A DNA stretch of 32,941 bases from Bacteroidota bacterium. Lineage in GTDB: Bacteria; Bacteroidota; Bacteroidia; Bacteroidales; UBA10428. The notes beneath the pieces were generated by a model that did no database searches, had not been told where the DNA came from, and worked only from the letters and a program-made list of their open reading frames with translations. The stretch covers positions 1 to 32,941 of the forward strand of contig JAGDMB010000001.1 in assembly GCA_017860375.1 (NCBI GenBank), read 5' to 3'. Positions 8,395 through 16,418 of the stretch are shown here, piece after piece (position 1 is the first letter of the stretch; each line of letters opens with the position of its first letter). The position numbers and the translations under genes were made by a program.

Positions 8395-9540
8395 ATGGAA
8401 CTGAACCACTATTTTGAACCGGTTGCCCTTGACAGACCCGAAAACGCATTGCCCTTCAGTGAGGATGTATTCGGAAGAAACATCCGTGTGAATACCCTCA
8501 GCCATCCCATTGATGAGATCAGCAATTACCAGATTGCCCTTATCGGTATTCCGGAGGACCGAAATTCATATAACCGGGGAGCCTCGTATGCCCCGGACAG
8601 GATCAGGGAAAAACTTTACCCGCTTTCCAAAGTCAGCGATAAAATCCACATCATAGACCTCGGGAACCTTAAAGCAACACCAACAGCCGGTGATACCTAT
8701 TTCGGGCTGAGGGATGTGTTGCTTGAATTGCTGAACAACCAGGTTACGGCCATCCTGCTGGGAGGATCGCAGGATCTTACCTACGGGGCCTTTTTGGCGT
8801 TCGAACAGGCAAAGCCAACGGTAAATCTGGTGACCGTTGATTCAAGGATCAATACCGGAAAAGAAGCCGTTTCTGCCGATACCTACCTGCAGTCCATCTG
8901 GAAAAGCCCAAAACTCTTTCGTTACTGCAATCTCGGGCACCAGCAGTATCTTGTAAGCGATGCATACGCAAACCAGATGGATAAATCGGGCTTTGAAGCC
9001 ATCCGGCTGGGTGCCCTGCGAAATAACCTGGCACAGGCTGAACCCTGCCTCCGGGATGCAAGCCTGGTCAGCTTTGATATTTCATCGGTCCGGCAGTCCG
9101 ATGCACCTGCCAATCCTTTTGCCTCGCCCAACGGATTATATTCCGAAGACAGCTGCCAGCTGGCAAGATATGCCGGTTTGAGTGATCATGTATCCTGTTT
9201 TGGCATTTTCGAGATCAATCCCGCCCTTGATCATCAAGGCCAGACCGTTCACCTGGCCGCACAAATGGTATGGTACTTCATGGAGGGTTTCGCTCAGCGA
9301 AGAGCGGAAACTCCTTCTTCGGAAAGCAATGATTTCAAGGTGTTTATCGTGAACCACGAGGATATGGAACACGAACTGACCTTCTACAAAAGCCAGATCA
9401 CAAACCGGTGGTGGATGGAAGTCCCGGACATAAAAACGGGCAGGTCTTTTGCCATTGCGTGTACACAGGAAGAATACCAGCAGGCGTCAAACCATGATAT
9501 ACCCGATTTATGGTGGCGCACCTTTCAACGCATCAATTGA
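8395..9540 (+). CDS. Arginase/formimidoylglutamase-fold protein, probably non-catalytic, with an ~80-aa C-terminal extension
   Basis: IALIGIPEDRN...GASYAPDRIR, LLGGSQDL, VTVDSRIN, VSFDISSV...APANPFASPNGL and FEINPALD align by eye to the conserved blocks of the arginase superfamily. Start chosen at ATG 8395 (MELNHYF), 14 nt after the topA stop. Confidence 0.75.
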   Translation: MELNHYFEPVALDRPENALPFSEDVFGRNIRVNTLSHPIDEISNYQIALIGIPEDRNSYNRGASYAPDRIREKLYPLSKVSDKIHIIDLGNLKATPTAGDTYFGLRDVLLELLNNQVTAILLGGSQDLTYGAFLAFEQAKPTVNLVTVDSRINTGKEAVSADTYLQSIWKSPKLFRYCNLGHQQYLVSDAYANQMDKSGFEAIRLGALRNNLAQAEPCLRDASLVSFDISSVRQSDAPANPFASPNGLYSEDSCQLARYAGLSDHVSCFGIFEINPALDHQGQTVHLAAQMVWYFMEGFAQRRAETPSSESNDFKVFIVNHEDMEHELTFYKSQITNRWWMEVPDIKTGRSFAIACTQEEYQQASNHDIPDLWWRTFQRIN

Positions 9541-9746
9541 AGGGGAGAGGATCTCATTTTTCCGGGATCTTTGTTAAAAAGGAAACATTCTTGCCGCAAA
9601 TCAGTATAAGAATAAAATTTATTTTATTTATTAACATATAACTGTTAATTTCCATTTGTACGAATACAATATTTTTACTTATTTTACTTTTTATACATGA
9701 AGGCTGTCCGCTGTTCGTAAAAGTGAAAAGTAAAAGGGTAACGAAA

Positions 9747-10709
9747 ATGAAAAGGGTTTTTCAGGTTATAGGTCTGTTAATGATGATTACGAACTTAAAC
9801 GCACAGACGGAGCGACAGGTAAGCCAATTTATGTTTGACCATATTTCCATCAATCCAGCCTACGCCGGAAGTTATGACATGATAACGGCCAGTGCGATTC
9901 TACGCCAGCAGTGGTTTGGTTTTGGCGATGGCACCCCCCAGGATGTTATCCTGAATCTGGATGCTCCCTTTAAGCTTTTTAAAAGAAACCACGGTGTGGG
10001 TTTATCCATATACAGTGATAACCTGGGTTTCAACGAAGACATCAATCTTTCCCTTTCCTACGCCTATCAGATCAGCGTGGGTGACGGAAAACTGGGTATC
10101 GGCCTCGGTGGAGGATTTGTAAACCGCAAGCTGGTGGATCCCGTATGGAAATACGGTGAAGGACCTGAAAATGGAGAAGACCCTACCGTTCCTACCGGTA
10201 AACAGAATGAATTCATATTCGATATGAGTGCCGGGATCTTTTACAAAACCGATGAATTGTATGTAGGAATTTCTTCTACCCATCTTCTTGAAGATGAGTT
10301 TATTTATCAAACCGAAGGGACCGGATCCACCACCCTCGTCAACGATAAGGTTGTCCGGCATTATTACCTCACCGCAGGCTATAACCTGCAGCTATCGAAT
10401 CCCTCCTTCGAATTTATGCCCTCTTTGCTCATCGGATCCGACGGGGCCACCACCCGAATCGATTTAAATTCCATCTTCCGGTACAATAAAAAATTCTGGG
10501 CCGGCGTTACGTATAGAGTTGGAAATGCTGTAGTAGGTATGGCAGGACTTGAAATTCTGAACGGGGTGAAGATCGGATATTCCTATGATTTCGAAACCAC
10601 TGACCTTATCGGTTTCCAGAAAGGATCGCACGAGATCATGGTAAGCTATTCATTCAAGGTAGGTGTGGAAAAAGCTTCACAAAAATACAAGAGTATTAGG
10701 TTTTTATAA
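9747..10709 (+). CDS. porP: Type IX secretion system membrane protein, PorP/SprF family
   Basis: Signal peptide MKRVFQVIGLLMMITNLNAQ followed by the family hallmark QFMFDHISINPAYAGS. The remainder is beta-barrel-like, and the gene sits immediately upstream of porK. ATG 9747 preferred over GTG 9723. Confidence 0.88.
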   Translation: MKRVFQVIGLLMMITNLNAQTERQVSQFMFDHISINPAYAGSYDMITASAILRQQWFGFGDGTPQDVILNLDAPFKLFKRNHGVGLSIYSDNLGFNEDINLSLSYAYQISVGDGKLGIGLGGGFVNRKLVDPVWKYGEGPENGEDPTVPTGKQNEFIFDMSAGIFYKTDELYVGISSTHLLEDEFIYQTEGTGSTTLVNDKVVRHYYLTAGYNLQLSNPSFEFMPSLLIGSDGATTRIDLNSIFRYNKKFWAGVTYRVGNAVVGMAGLEILNGVKIGYSYDFETTDLIGFQKGSHEIMVSYSFKVGVEKASQKYKSIRFL

Positions 10710-10759
10710 AAAAATACTTAATTTTATCAAGATTGATTGTACTAGTTGTTATAGATAAA

Positions 10760-10767
10760 TACCTTTG
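10760..10767 (+). promoter_or_regulatory. TAccTTTG, a -7-like promoter motif ending 3 nt upstream of the porK/gldK ATG
   Basis: Exact TAnnTTTG match in the 61-nt porP-porK spacer. It could also be a chance match in AT-rich DNA. Confidence 0.25.
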
Positions 10768-10770
10768 ATT

Positions 10771-12108
10771 ATGAAAAAGTTCGTTTCTTTTTGTTTCGTT
10801 CTCGCCGTGTTCATTATCAGCAGCTGCTCCAACTACAAAAGCGGTGAACTCACAGGGGTTGAGGGACGAACCAAGTTTTACGAGCCTACCCCTTTCGGGA
10901 TGGTCTTTGTGCCCCAGGGTAGTTTTAATATGGGCCCAAGCGATCAGGATGTGGCGTGGGCTCAGTCATCCCTTTCAAAAACCGTTACAATCGATCCTTT
11001 CTGGATGGATGAAACCGAAATCACCAACAACGAATACCGTCAGTTTGTGTTCTGGGTGCGTGATTCCATTATGCGCCGGATGCTGGGTGATCAGTTGCCG
11101 GACGATTATGTAATTACCGAGGATGCGTTTGGCAATCCGATTGAACCCCCCGCCATCAACTGGGAAACCAAAATTGACTTCAGGGATGAAGAGGTGAATG
11201 AAATCCTCAGCGATCTTTATCTTTCCCAGCAGGAGAGGTTTTATAACAAAAAGGAAATCGACACCCGTAAACTGATGTATGAATATTTCTGGGTTGACCT
11301 GAAACAGGCGTCCAAAAAAACAAACCGTTATAATTTCGAAACCAAGAAATACGAAGGGTTTATCCTCAACAATGACGGAGATAAAATCGAGATCAAAGAC
11401 CGTTCATCCTTCATCATCCGTGATATCATCAACGTATATCCCGACACTCTTTGCTGGATAGCCGATTTCACCTATGCCTTCAATGAACCCTATACCACCA
11501 TGTATTTCTGGCATCCTTCCTACGATAATTATCCGGTTGTCGGTGTTTCCTGGAAACAGGCTACTGCATTCTGCATATGGCGCTCACAGCTGCTGAACGA
11601 TGCGCTTGCCCTTGACGGGCATCCCGGTGTTCATCACTACCGCCTTCCGATAGAAGCAGAATGGGAATATGCTTCACGCGGAGGCATTGGTAATTCGATG
11701 TATCCCTGGGGAGGGTATTATACCCGGAATAAAGACGGCTGTTTCCTTGCCAACTTTAAACCCCTGCGGGGTAATTATGCCGATGACGGAGGCGTTGTGA
11801 CTCTTCCGGTGGGTACCTATGCCCCCAACGATTATGCCTTGTACGATATGGCGGGGAATGTCGCAGAGTGGACTTCCAGCGCGTTTGATGAGTCTGCTTA
11901 TCTGTTCTCCCATGACCTGAATCCCGATTACCGTTACGATGCTAAACCCGATGATCCTCCCGTGATGAAGCGAAAAGTAATACGCGGCGGTTCATGGAAA
12001 GACATTGCATTTTTCCTTCAGTGCGGCACCCGTTCCTATGAATACCAGGATACTTCCAAATCCTACATCGGATTCAGGTGCGTGAGACCGTATATGGGAA
12101 CTAACTAG
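10771..12108 (+). CDS. gldK: T9SS ring lipoprotein PorK/GldK (FGE/SUMF1-like domain)
   Basis: Lipoprotein signal MKKFVSFCFVLAVFIISSC. FGE-sulfatase-type motifs are WMDETEITNNEY, YPVVGVSW, RLPIEAEWEYASRGG, GNVAEW and RGGSW. It sits in gldKLMN order. Confidence 0.93.
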   Translation: MKKFVSFCFVLAVFIISSCSNYKSGELTGVEGRTKFYEPTPFGMVFVPQGSFNMGPSDQDVAWAQSSLSKTVTIDPFWMDETEITNNEYRQFVFWVRDSIMRRMLGDQLPDDYVITEDAFGNPIEPPAINWETKIDFRDEEVNEILSDLYLSQQERFYNKKEIDTRKLMYEYFWVDLKQASKKTNRYNFETKKYEGFILNNDGDKIEIKDRSSFIIRDIINVYPDTLCWIADFTYAFNEPYTTMYFWHPSYDNYPVVGVSWKQATAFCIWRSQLLNDALALDGHPGVHHYRLPIEAEWEYASRGGIGNSMYPWGGYYTRNKDGCFLANFKPLRGNYADDGGVVTLPVGTYAPNDYALYDMAGNVAEWTSSAFDESAYLFSHDLNPDYRYDAKPDDPPVMKRKVIRGGSWKDIAFFLQCGTRSYEYQDTSKSYIGFRCVRPYMGTN

Positions 12109-12136
12109 AATTCAATACATACTAAAAAAACATCGT

Positions 12137-13072
12137 ATGCCAAGTTTATCAGATATAGTTGAAAGCGCAGGTTGGCGAAAATTTATGTCCAAACTTTACG
12201 GACTTGGTGCTTCTGTAGTTATCACCGGCGCCCTGTTTAAAATCAACCATTGGAACGGGGCAACCGTGATGCTTGCTATCGGTATGTTCACGGAGGCAAT
12301 AATATTCTTCTTTTCCGCATTTGAACCCTTGCACCCTGAGCTCGACTGGACCCTGGTCTATCCTGAACTTTCCGGCATGACCGATCAGGATGAAATGGAT
12401 CAGATCCAGGAACTTGGTCCCGGCATCGGTGGCCGACCCCTGGAGCGGATAGAGAATATCCTCGGTGAATCCAGTATCAATGAGGATACGCTGAAGAATA
12501 TCGGCGTTGGCCTCGATAAATTGCACAAGGCAGCCGTCGGAATTGCCGATATTTCGGGAGCGTCAGTTGCCACCAAGGAGTTCCTTACCCACATACAGGC
12601 AGCCTCGGGTACCGTCAGCTCCATGAATGAAGCCTATAATTCCTCCGTGGGAGCCATTAAAGAATCGGCTTCAAATCTTGCCAGTGCATATTCCCAGTCT
12701 GCCAAACAGGTGGCTCAATCCGGTAATGAGGTGTCCAATACCTATATGCTCATCGCCGACACGATCAAGAACGAAAACCAGTTGCTTTCAAAGACAGGAA
12801 AGAGTTATGAAAGCCAGCTTGAAGCCCTCAACAAGAATCTTTCAGCCCTGAATTCGGTCTATGAGCTTCAGGTGAAGGAAAGCAATGATCATCTGAAAGG
12901 CGCACAACAAGTGTATGCTGGAGTGGAAGACATGATCCGCAAATTGAAGGATTCCGTGGATGAAACGAACCGCTATAAAGATGAAATCATGAAGCTAAGG
13001 GACAGTTTGTCCTCCCTCAACGGCATTTACGGCAATATGCTTTCTTCCATGAATGTTATGATTAACAAATAA
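12137..13072 (+). CDS. gldL: T9SS/gliding motor protein PorL/GldL
   Basis: Two N-terminal TM helices (LYGLGASVVITGALF and ATVMLAIGMFTEAIIFFFSAF) with an intramembrane Glu53 (codon 12293-12295). The C-terminal region is long and coiled-coil-like. Confidence 0.9.
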   Translation: MPSLSDIVESAGWRKFMSKLYGLGASVVITGALFKINHWNGATVMLAIGMFTEAIIFFFSAFEPLHPELDWTLVYPELSGMTDQDEMDQIQELGPGIGGRPLERIENILGESSINEDTLKNIGVGLDKLHKAAVGIADISGASVATKEFLTHIQAASGTVSSMNEAYNSSVGAIKESASNLASAYSQSAKQVAQSGNEVSNTYMLIADTIKNENQLLSKTGKSYESQLEALNKNLSALNSVYELQVKESNDHLKGAQQVYAGVEDMIRKLKDSVDETNRYKDEIMKLRDSLSSLNGIYGNMLSSMNVMINK

Positions 13073-13091
13073 GTACCTCAGGTAAAGACCC

Positions 13092-14759
13092 ATGGCCCAC
13101 GGCAAAGAGACTCCGCGACAAAAAATGATCGGTATGATGTACCTGGTGCTGACGGCCATGTTAGCCCTGAACGTATCGGTCAGTGTCCTAGATGCCTTTA
13201 AAATTATTGACGAAGGGTTGGAGAAAACACTCAAAACCATTGTCAATAAAAATAATGAAATATACAACGAATTTAGCAAGGCCTATGCCCTGAATCAGAG
13301 TAAGACGGCCAAATGGATGGAAATTGCGCAACAGGTACAACTGCGTTCGGACAGCCTTTATAATTACGTTCAGCGGTTAAAACTTAACGTGCTGAAAGAA
13401 GCAGAAAAGACCAATGCGAAAGTCAGCATCAAAGGGGATTCCATCTTCCGCGATAAAATAAAATCCACCACCAATTATGATACGCCGGGCAGGCTCATGA
13501 TCGGGAATGAACTCACGGAACGAAGTGAAGCCACCAAGCTGAGAAAGGCAATTGAGGATTACCGCAGTTACCTGCTCAGCCTTGTGCCGCCGATCAATAC
13601 AAAGCTGCGTGAATCTATCTCGAAAGGACTCGACACGGATCCTCCCTATTCGGAAAAGAAAATAAAAAAGCCCGAAGAAAGAACCTGGGAATACCACAAA
13701 TTCGGACACACTCCTCTTATGGGCTTCCTTGCCATTATGTCCTCCCAGCAGGTGAATATCCGGAATGCCGAATCGGAAGTGATCAACTACCTGTATTCAC
13801 AGATCAGCGCCGGTGAAGTGAAATTCAACGAACTTGAAGCGGTTGTCATTCCCCATTCCAATTATATTATAAAAGGGAACGAATACCAGGCCGACATTTA
13901 CCTGGCTGCCCGTGATACAACCCAGGATCCTGTTATCTGGATTGCAGAAGGAGTGAAAGAACCCTGGGTTGAAAAAACCGATGAGAATGGCAATACCTAT
14001 ATCGATAAGAGGGATGGAATTAATTACTCCCAACTCGAGATTGAGCATGGAAAAGGGAAAGGAGTTTTTAAACGTACCGGCTCTTCCCTGGGATTCAGGC
14101 AATGGGGCGGCATCATTGAAATTACAGGCCCCGGAGGCGAAGCCATACGGCGTCCTTTCAGCGCTGAATACCAGGTAGCCGAAGGAGGAGTGGTTGTTAA
14201 TCCTTCCAAAATGAATGTATTCTACACGGGAGTCGATAATCCCGTGGAAATTTCGGTGGCCGGTGTGGCCCCGAACAAAATCACTGCCGAAGCCACCAAT
14301 GGTTCACTGGTACCCAGCGCAGGCAATTACATCATGCGTCCGAAAAGGCCGGGGAACTCATTGATCACGGTGTATGCCGAACTGGATGGCAGAAAAAGAG
14401 CGGTGGGCTCCAAGGAATTCCGCGTTAAACCCGTACCCGATCCCTATGCCACCATTGGCGGCAAAAAAGGAGGCGGAATCAACAAAAACGAACTCATCGC
14501 ACAGACCGGCGTGGCCGCGGTTATGCCGCCTGACTTTGAATTCGATCTTACCTTCACTGTCACGGAATTTACCGTTTTTTCGGTTGTGCAGGGGTTTGTA
14601 AAACAATACACCTCCAAAAACAACCGTTTTACCGAGGAACAAAAAAACCTGATCAATACATTGGCCAAAGGAGCGCCCATCTATATCCAGGATATTAAAG
14701 CCGTGGGCCCCGATGGATCCATACGGCCCTTGTCTACCATAAATTTCAGATTAAATTAA
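13092..14759 (+). CDS. gldM: T9SS/gliding motor protein PorM/GldM
   Basis: The N-terminus TPRQKMIGMMYLVLTAMLALNVS matches the highly conserved GldM/PorM TM segment, including Arg9 (codon 13116-13118). The periplasmic region is large. Confidence 0.93.
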   Translation: MAHGKETPRQKMIGMMYLVLTAMLALNVSVSVLDAFKIIDEGLEKTLKTIVNKNNEIYNEFSKAYALNQSKTAKWMEIAQQVQLRSDSLYNYVQRLKLNVLKEAEKTNAKVSIKGDSIFRDKIKSTTNYDTPGRLMIGNELTERSEATKLRKAIEDYRSYLLSLVPPINTKLRESISKGLDTDPPYSEKKIKKPEERTWEYHKFGHTPLMGFLAIMSSQQVNIRNAESEVINYLYSQISAGEVKFNELEAVVIPHSNYIIKGNEYQADIYLAARDTTQDPVIWIAEGVKEPWVEKTDENGNTYIDKRDGINYSQLEIEHGKGKGVFKRTGSSLGFRQWGGIIEITGPGGEAIRRPFSAEYQVAEGGVVVNPSKMNVFYTGVDNPVEISVAGVAPNKITAEATNGSLVPSAGNYIMRPKRPGNSLITVYAELDGRKRAVGSKEFRVKPVPDPYATIGGKKGGGINKNELIAQTGVAAVMPPDFEFDLTFTVTEFTVFSVVQGFVKQYTSKNNRFTEEQKNLINTLAKGAPIYIQDIKAVGPDGSIRPLSTINFRLN

Positions 14760-14780
14760 GCACACATAATAATTATCCGA

Positions 14781-15638
14781 ATGAAAAGAGCTGTTTTTAT
14801 CCTTGCGGGATTTGCCTTGGCTGCGGCCGCTTCACTACCATTACGGGCCCAGGTGACCGAGGTATACGCACGTGAACATATCGCGAACAAATCACCTATC
14901 CCGTATGCTTACCTCCGTGAAGCCGATGTCTTTTGGGCTAAGGATATGTATCGCATCATCGACCTTAAACAAAAGCAGAACCAGCCGCTTTATTATCCGA
15001 CGCGGCCGATCGCTGACCGTATCAACCTTGTGGATCTTATTCTTAAAGGAGTGGATACAGAAGGCATCAGGGCATTCTCATCCGACGACGCCCTCAATGA
15101 ATTTACCATTCCCCTTACCAAGGAACAGATTGACGTCGCCTTTGATGCCGGATTGGATACCATAAGAGTAGTGGATGTCAATACCAACGAACCCGTGGAA
15201 TCAGTCGTTCCCCGGCCCCGTAAAACGGAAGAAGTAAAACAGCTCCTCATAAAGGAAAAATGGTTTTTCGACCGGAACCATTCCGTGATGAGCGTCAGAA
15301 TAATCGGTATTTGCCCCTTGCGTGTCTATAACCGGCTCGACGACCAGGGAATGCCTACCGACATCATTTACAGGGAAAAGACCTTCTGGGTGTATTTTGA
15401 TGAAATACGTCCCCTTCTCTCAAACCACGAAATTTTTAACCGGAACAACGATGCACAAAGGATCTCGTTTGACGATTTCTTTATGCAGCGCAGATTCAAC
15501 AGTTATATATGGGGCGAGTCCAATGTCTATGACAACCGGTTTATCAATTCCTATTCCGTTGGTGTCGATGCCCTGCTGGAAGCAGACAGAATCAAGAACT
15601 GGCTTTTCGATGTCGAACACGATCTGTGGGAATATTAA
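14781..15638 (+). CDS. gldN: T9SS ring protein PorN/GldN
   Basis: 285 aa with a signal peptide (AASLPLRAQV). It sits directly after gldM, and its size and composition are typical of GldN. Confidence 0.85.
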   Translation: MKRAVFILAGFALAAAASLPLRAQVTEVYAREHIANKSPIPYAYLREADVFWAKDMYRIIDLKQKQNQPLYYPTRPIADRINLVDLILKGVDTEGIRAFSSDDALNEFTIPLTKEQIDVAFDAGLDTIRVVDVNTNEPVESVVPRPRKTEEVKQLLIKEKWFFDRNHSVMSVRIIGICPLRVYNRLDDQGMPTDIIYREKTFWVYFDEIRPLLSNHEIFNRNNDAQRISFDDFFMQRRFNSYIWGESNVYDNRFINSYSVGVDALLEADRIKNWLFDVEHDLWEY

Positions 15639-15656
15639 TCCTTGCCCATGAACCAT

Positions 15657-15684
15657 AAAAGCTCCTGGTAAGGGGCTTTTTTTT
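15657..15684. terminator. Rho-independent terminator after gldN, possibly bidirectional with ung
   Basis: aaaagctcc (15657-15665) pairs with ggggctttt (15672-15680) in a 9-bp stem with one G-U pair. The loop is tggtaa, and the T-run continues to 15684. Confidence 0.75.
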
Positions 15685-15730
15685 GTATCCCTGTTTCCTC
15701 CGGCCAGAAGCAAAGCATGGGCGGATGACC

Positions 15731-16411
15731 TTATTCAACAGACCAGTCAATTTCCGGAAGACCATGCCGGCGCAATATTTCGTTGGTCCTTGAGAAATGC
15801 CGGCATCCGAAAAACCCATTGTAGGCTGAATAGGGAGAAGGGTGAGCGGCCTTCAGAATATAATGCTTCTGCGTGTCAATGAGCGATTCCTTATCCTGTG
15901 CAAATTTGCCCCAAAGCAAAAAGACCAGGCCAACCCTTTGTTTTGACAACTGGCTGATGACCGCATCGGTAAAGATTTCCCATCCCTTTTTCTGATGCGA
16001 TCCGGCCTGATTGGCCCTAACGGTAAGCGTGGCATTTAACAGGAGGACGCCCTGCCGTGCCCATTTTTCAAGATTCCCGTGCCTGGGCATCGGAATTCCC
16101 AGATCCTCGTTTATCTCCTTGAAAATGTTTACGAGGGAAGGCGGGGAGGATATGCCCCGGGGGACAGAAAAGCAAAGACCATGAGCCTGTCCCGCTCCAT
16201 GATAAGGATCCTGCCCGATAATGACAACCCTCACTGCAGAAAAAGGAGTCAAATTAAAAGCATTGAAAATCAGGCTTCCGGGAGGATACACCGTGAACCT
16301 CTGTTTTTCCTCTACAAGAAATTCCTTCATGCTTTTAAAATAGGAGGAATTGAACTGTTCCTGCAGTATTTCCTTCCAGCTTTCTTCAATTTGTGGTTTG
16401 ACTTCCGTCAT
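15731..16411 (-). CDS. ung: Uracil-DNA glycosylase
   Basis: GQDPYHGAGQAHGLCFSV and AAHPSPYS motifs of family 1 UDG. Confidence 0.95.
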   Translation of the reverse strand: MTEVKPQIEESWKEILQEQFNSSYFKSMKEFLVEEKQRFTVYPPGSLIFNAFNLTPFSAVRVVIIGQDPYHGAGQAHGLCFSVPRGISSPPSLVNIFKEINEDLGIPMPRHGNLEKWARQGVLLLNATLTVRANQAGSHQKKGWEIFTDAVISQLSKQRVGLVFLLWGKFAQDKESLIDTQKHYILKAAHPSPYSAYNGFFGCRHFSRTNEILRRHGLPEIDWSVE

Positions 16412-16418
16412 GTCCGAA

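Noticed and set aside
9675-9687. The 13-mer ttttacttatttt is shared between the porP leader (9675-9687) and the manC leader (near 26565)
   Set aside because: Several exact 13-mer matches are expected by chance among all position pairs in 33 kb, and more in AT-rich DNA. There is no further flanking similarity.
9747-15638. Treating the por/gld cluster itself as the undescribed system
   Set aside because: All five proteins match the well-characterised T9SS core (PorP, K, L, M and N) motif for motif. The cluster is reported as context, not as novelty.
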